Below are positions 42,043-42,792 of a stretch of 42,792 nt of DNA, in pieces. The stretch spans positions 1-42,792 of the forward strand of contig JBECUL010000016.1 of the NCBI GenBank assembly GCA_040225955.1, read 5' to 3'. Origin of the DNA: Candidatus Asgardarchaeum abyssi (lineage in GTDB: Archaea > Asgardarchaeota > Asgardarchaeia > Asgardarchaeales > Asgardarchaeaceae). A program made the translations under genes and the position numbers. The notes beneath the pieces were generated by a model. The model was not told the DNA's origin, searched no databases, and saw nothing but the letters and a program-made list of their open reading frames with translations. Position 1 is the stretch's first letter, and each line of letters opens with the position of its first letter.

Positions 42043-42258
42043 TTAATTCTTTTTAAAGAATCTGATTATTTTATCCACAATTATCATGGTGTTAGATTTC
42101 ATTGCCTCGTATGTTGTGGCGCCGATGTGAGATGCAGCAACCACATTTTCAAGAGAAATAAGTTCTTTCAGAAGTTCAGACCTTGGTGGTTCTTCAAAGT
42201 ATACATCTATATCGGCAGCCGCAATTTTTCCATTTTTTAAGGCATCCAATTCGCCCAA
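42043..42258 (-). pseudogene. C-terminal remnant of a D-2-hydroxyacid dehydrogenase (SerA-like)
   Basis: ALKNGKIAAADIDVYFEEPP...NVVAASHIGATTYEA; N-terminal domains absent. Confidence 0.7.
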
Positions 42259-42421
42259 ATTCCTATTATTTGTACACCTATAACTTTTCCTTTTTTCTTC
42301 TTTTCAGCAATTAATTTTTCATATGTTTTTCTACAATTTCATTTGTTTTTAATTTCTAATTTAGGTGTTTGTGACCTAGTATTAACACTTCTAACTCTAT
42401 GACTTAAGAATAAATTTGCTT

Positions 42422-42667
42422 TTAATAACTTAACATGTTAACTTTCAAGACGAAGCACCAATTTTCAAAACCTGGAATCTCTCCTAATATTGAATAGGAC
42501 AATTTACAACGACTATATTCTGTAAAGGGTCTTTCGCCAATTATACTTATTTCAACTTTCTTATTTTCTTTACAAGCCCATATAGCTACGCTTGTGCTAT
42601 TAGTTCTTGCATCAGCAATCCAAATATTTTCTATTATTTGAATCATCATCTCGAAAAAGGAGATCAT
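42422..42667 (-). pseudogene. Degenerate N-terminal remnant of an NADH oxidase/CoA-disulfide-reductase-like flavoprotein
   Basis: EISII.ERPFTEYSRCKLSYSILGEI resembles the YSxCGLPY motif; FAD-binding GxGxxG lost; early stop. Confidence 0.5.
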
Positions 42668-42767
42668 AAGAATAAAATAAATTTTTATAGAAAATATTTT
42701 CTTTAAGTTCTCAAAAAGTCTGATATGAAAAACTTATAACTTCGTCGCTCGTTCTTTAAGATTTAAA

Positions 42768-42792
42768 GAGGGTGCGTGCGGCCGCCGGCTTT
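42768..42792. ncRNA. Edge of a GC-rich stable RNA gene, truncated (RNase P RNA 5' end on +, or tRNA 3' end on -)
   Basis: GAGGGTGCGTGCGGCCGCCGGC after BRE/TATA-like GAAAAACTTATA (~42728-42739); reverse strand reads CGGCCGC-A like a tRNA-Gly acceptor end. Confidence 0.35.

Overview
AT-rich archaeal core-genome window; the gene set and order look TACK/Asgard-like, but that assignment is an inference. It is dominated by translation and transcription superoperons: S19-L22-S3...L15-secY-DUF106-L34e-cmk-L14e-cbf5; tRNA-Ser; S13-S4-S11-rpoD-L18e-L13-S9-rpoN-S2; mvk-ipk-fni; L7Ae-S28e-L24e-(inverted ndk)-aIF5B-S6e-aIF2g-PIN-rpoE'-spt4-DPCK-S24e-S27ae; ferredoxin; kae1-bud32-rdgB><pcc1-DHH-S15; S3ae-glmU; DUF2095><ychF-rnp2-rnp3-RNA-binding protein-L15e. 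The ORF track misses an IS transposase running off the left edge, rps14, rps27ae and the first 102 codons of GlmU (probable ATA start). The most interesting signals are non-coding: (1) a 96-bp MITE with an 8-bp target duplication whose ends match the terminal repeat of the IS 35 kb away; (2) a 13-bp hairpin enclosing that transposase's start codon; (3) a GC-rich K-turn/SECIS-core-like hairpin built on the cmk UGA stop, in frame with rpl14e; (4) a candidate box C/D guide RNA upstream of ychF; (5) structured leaders on rpl7ae and rpl15e. No large novel multi-gene protein system is evident.
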